Below, one piece after another: positions 57,006 to 58,640 of a DNA stretch of 58,640 nt; the stretch's first letter is position 1, and every line of letters starts with the position of its first letter. The stretch is from contig JANOBV010000136.1 of assembly GCA_031411835.1 (NCBI GenBank), positions 1 to 58,640 of the forward strand, in the 5' to 3' direction. The position numbers were made by a program, and so were the translations under genes. Under the pieces are notes generated by a model that worked only from the letters and a program-made list of their open reading frames with translations, had not been told where the DNA came from and made no database searches. Source of the stretch: Bacteroidota bacterium. Lineage in GTDB: Bacteria; Bacteroidota; Bacteroidia; AKYH767-A; 2013-40CM-41-45.

Positions 57006-58640
57006 ATGCTCACAAGTATATCACCTGAAAAATTAGATCTAAGCACTTCTGTTACACCGACTGGAACAACAATTTCATGTAAGGGTTGGGTTCAAGAAGC
57101 TGCATTAAGAATGTTGCTGAATAATCTTGATCCTGATGTTGCTGAACGTCCGGAAGATCTTGTTGTTTATGGAGGTAGAGGAAAAGCTGCAAGAAATGTA
57201 GAGAGTTTTAATCTCATCGTAAAAGCATTGAAAGATCTGAATGAAGATGAAACGCTACTTGTTCAAAGTGGGAAGCCTGTTGCAATTCTTCCTTCACATA
57301 AAGATGCACCACGTGTGATCATAAGCAATTCGCAATTAGTTCCGAAGTGGGCTACATGGGAAGTGTTTGATGAGTTAGAGAAAAAAGGTTTGATCATGTA
57401 TGGTCAAATGACTGCCGGATCATGGATCTACATTGGTTCGCAAGGAATTGTTCAAGGAACTTATGAAACATTCAATGCTGTTGCCGATAAACATTTTGGT
57501 GGATCGTTGAAAGGAAAATTATGCGTGACTGCCGGGCTAGGTGGCATGGGTGGCGCACAACCATTAGCAGTTACTATGGCAGATGGAGTTTGTTTAGTTG
57601 CTGAAGTTGAAGAATGGCGCGCACAAAAACGTGTTGATACAAAATATCTTGATGTAATAGAAAGAGATCTTGACAAAGCGATTGATCTTGCATTGGAGTA
57701 TAAAGCAAAGGGCGAAAATAAATCGATTGGTGTAATATGCACTGCAATTAAATTGTTGAAGCGATTGATCGAAAGAAACATTGTTCCTGAAGTATTGACG
57801 GATCAAACATCTGCGCATGATCCATTGATCGGCTATTTACCTGAAGGTTTGACGAATGAAGAAGCTAATATATTACGTGAGGAAAATCAAGCGAAGTACA
57901 TTGAAATGACTTACGATTCAATGGCAGAGCATGTTCGTTTGATGTTGGAATTGCAGTCTCGTGGTTCCATCACTTTTGATTATGGAAATAACTTACGTGC
58001 ACGAGCACAAGAGAGCGGTGTGAAAAATGCATTTGACTTTCCGGGATTTGTTCCTGCATACATTCGCCCGTTGTTCTGTGAAGGAAAAGGTCCGTTTCGA
58101 TGGGCTGCGTTGTCGGGGGATCCACAAGATATTTACGAAACTGATAAAGTTATTCTCGAATTATTTCCGGAAAATAAATCGTTGCATCGCTGGATGAAAA
58201 TGGCGCGTGAAAGAATTGCATTTCAAGGATTGCCTGCACGAATTTGTTGGTTAGGAATGGGCGACAGAGAAAAAGCAGGACTAGCATTTAATGAACTAGT
58301 TCGAACAGGAAAAGTGAAAGCGCCTATCGTAATTGGTCGCGATCATTTAGACACAGGTTCTGTTGCATCTCCAAATCGTGAGACAGAAGCAATGTTAGAT
58401 GGAAGTGACGCAATAGCCGATTGGCCAATTTTAAATGCGTTGATCAATACAGCAGGCGGTGCAAGTTGGGTGTCGTTGCACCATGGCGGTGGAGTAGGGA
58501 TGGGTTACTCGATCCATTCAGGGATGGTAATCGTTGCTGACGGAACTTCTGATGCAGAACGTCGTTTAAAGCGTGTATTGCACAATGATCCGGCAATGGG
58601 AGTAATCAGACATGCCGATGCAGGTTATGATATTGCGAAA
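57006..58640 (+). CDS. hutU: Urocanate hydratase (runs off window end; absent from ORF track)
   Basis: [74 protein letters not shown]. Confidence 0.97.
   Translation, partial: MLTSISPEKLDLSTSVTPTGTTISCKGWVQEAALRMLLNNLDPDVAERPEDLVVYGGRGKAARNVESFNLIVKALKDLNEDETLLVQSGKPVAILPSHKDAPRVIISNSQLVPKWATWEVFDELEKKGLIMYGQMTAGSWIYIGSQGIVQGTYETFNAVADKHFGGSLKGKLCVTAGLGGMGGAQPLAVTMADGVCLVAEVEEWRAQKRVDTKYLDVIERDLDKAIDLALEYKAKGENKSIGVICTAIKLLKRLIERNIVPEVLTDQTSAHDPLIGYLPEGLTNEEANILREENQAKYIEMTYDSMAEHVRLMLELQSRGSITFDYGNNLRARAQESGVKNAFDFPGFVPAYIRPLFCEGKGPFRWAALSGDPQDIYETDKVILELFPENKSLHRWMKMARERIAFQGLPARICWLGMGDREKAGLAFNELVRTGKVKAPIVIGRDHLDTGSVASPNRETEAMLDGSDAIADWPILNALINTAGGASWVSLHHGGGVGMGYSIHSGMVIVADGTSDAERRLKRVLHNDPAMGVIRHADAGYDIAK

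Noticed and set aside
57461-57818. Minus-strand ORFs of 106 and 74 aa
   Set aside because: Antisense shadows of hutU, which the ORF track missed because it has no stop in the window

Overview
Chromosomal window from a Bacteroidota bacterium, supported by gldA, several T9SS C-terminal sorting domains and TAnnTTTG -7 promoter boxes. The flanks are housekeeping: metK with a SAM-II-type riboswitch, gldA, rsgA, dtd and a tonB-exbB-exbD cluster on the left; a DEAD-box helicase, folC, a GH73-LysM hydrolase and hutU on the right. Between them sits a ~26.5 kb integrative island inserted at the 3' half of tRNA-Val(TAC), bounded by an exact 47-bp direct repeat (12685-12731 / 39216-39262), with a tyrosine integrase, an excisionase-like gene and tandem TGGTTGACAC arm-type sites at both ends. 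The cargo is almost all conflict genes. (i) A tightly coupled minus-strand run: Type IIG R-M fusion, class III nucleotide cyclase-like gene, SIR2-like gene, membrane protein and ApeA-like HEPN gene; this is the best candidate for an undescribed nucleotide-signalling defence system. (ii) A signal-peptide-bearing 2756-aa Rhs toxin with an upstream beta-barrel-like partner and a downstream membrane immunity gene. (iii) A Lamassu/ABC-3C system whose small middle gene carries two in-frame stops. Features missing from the ORF track include a TonB interrupted by a TAG at a Trp position, a degenerate duplicate of an Rhs segment, GIY-YIG and T9SS-CTD remnants, a 38-aa membrane ORF and heptamer/nonamer intergenic repeats. 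All family assignments come from motif recognition by eye; no database searches were run.
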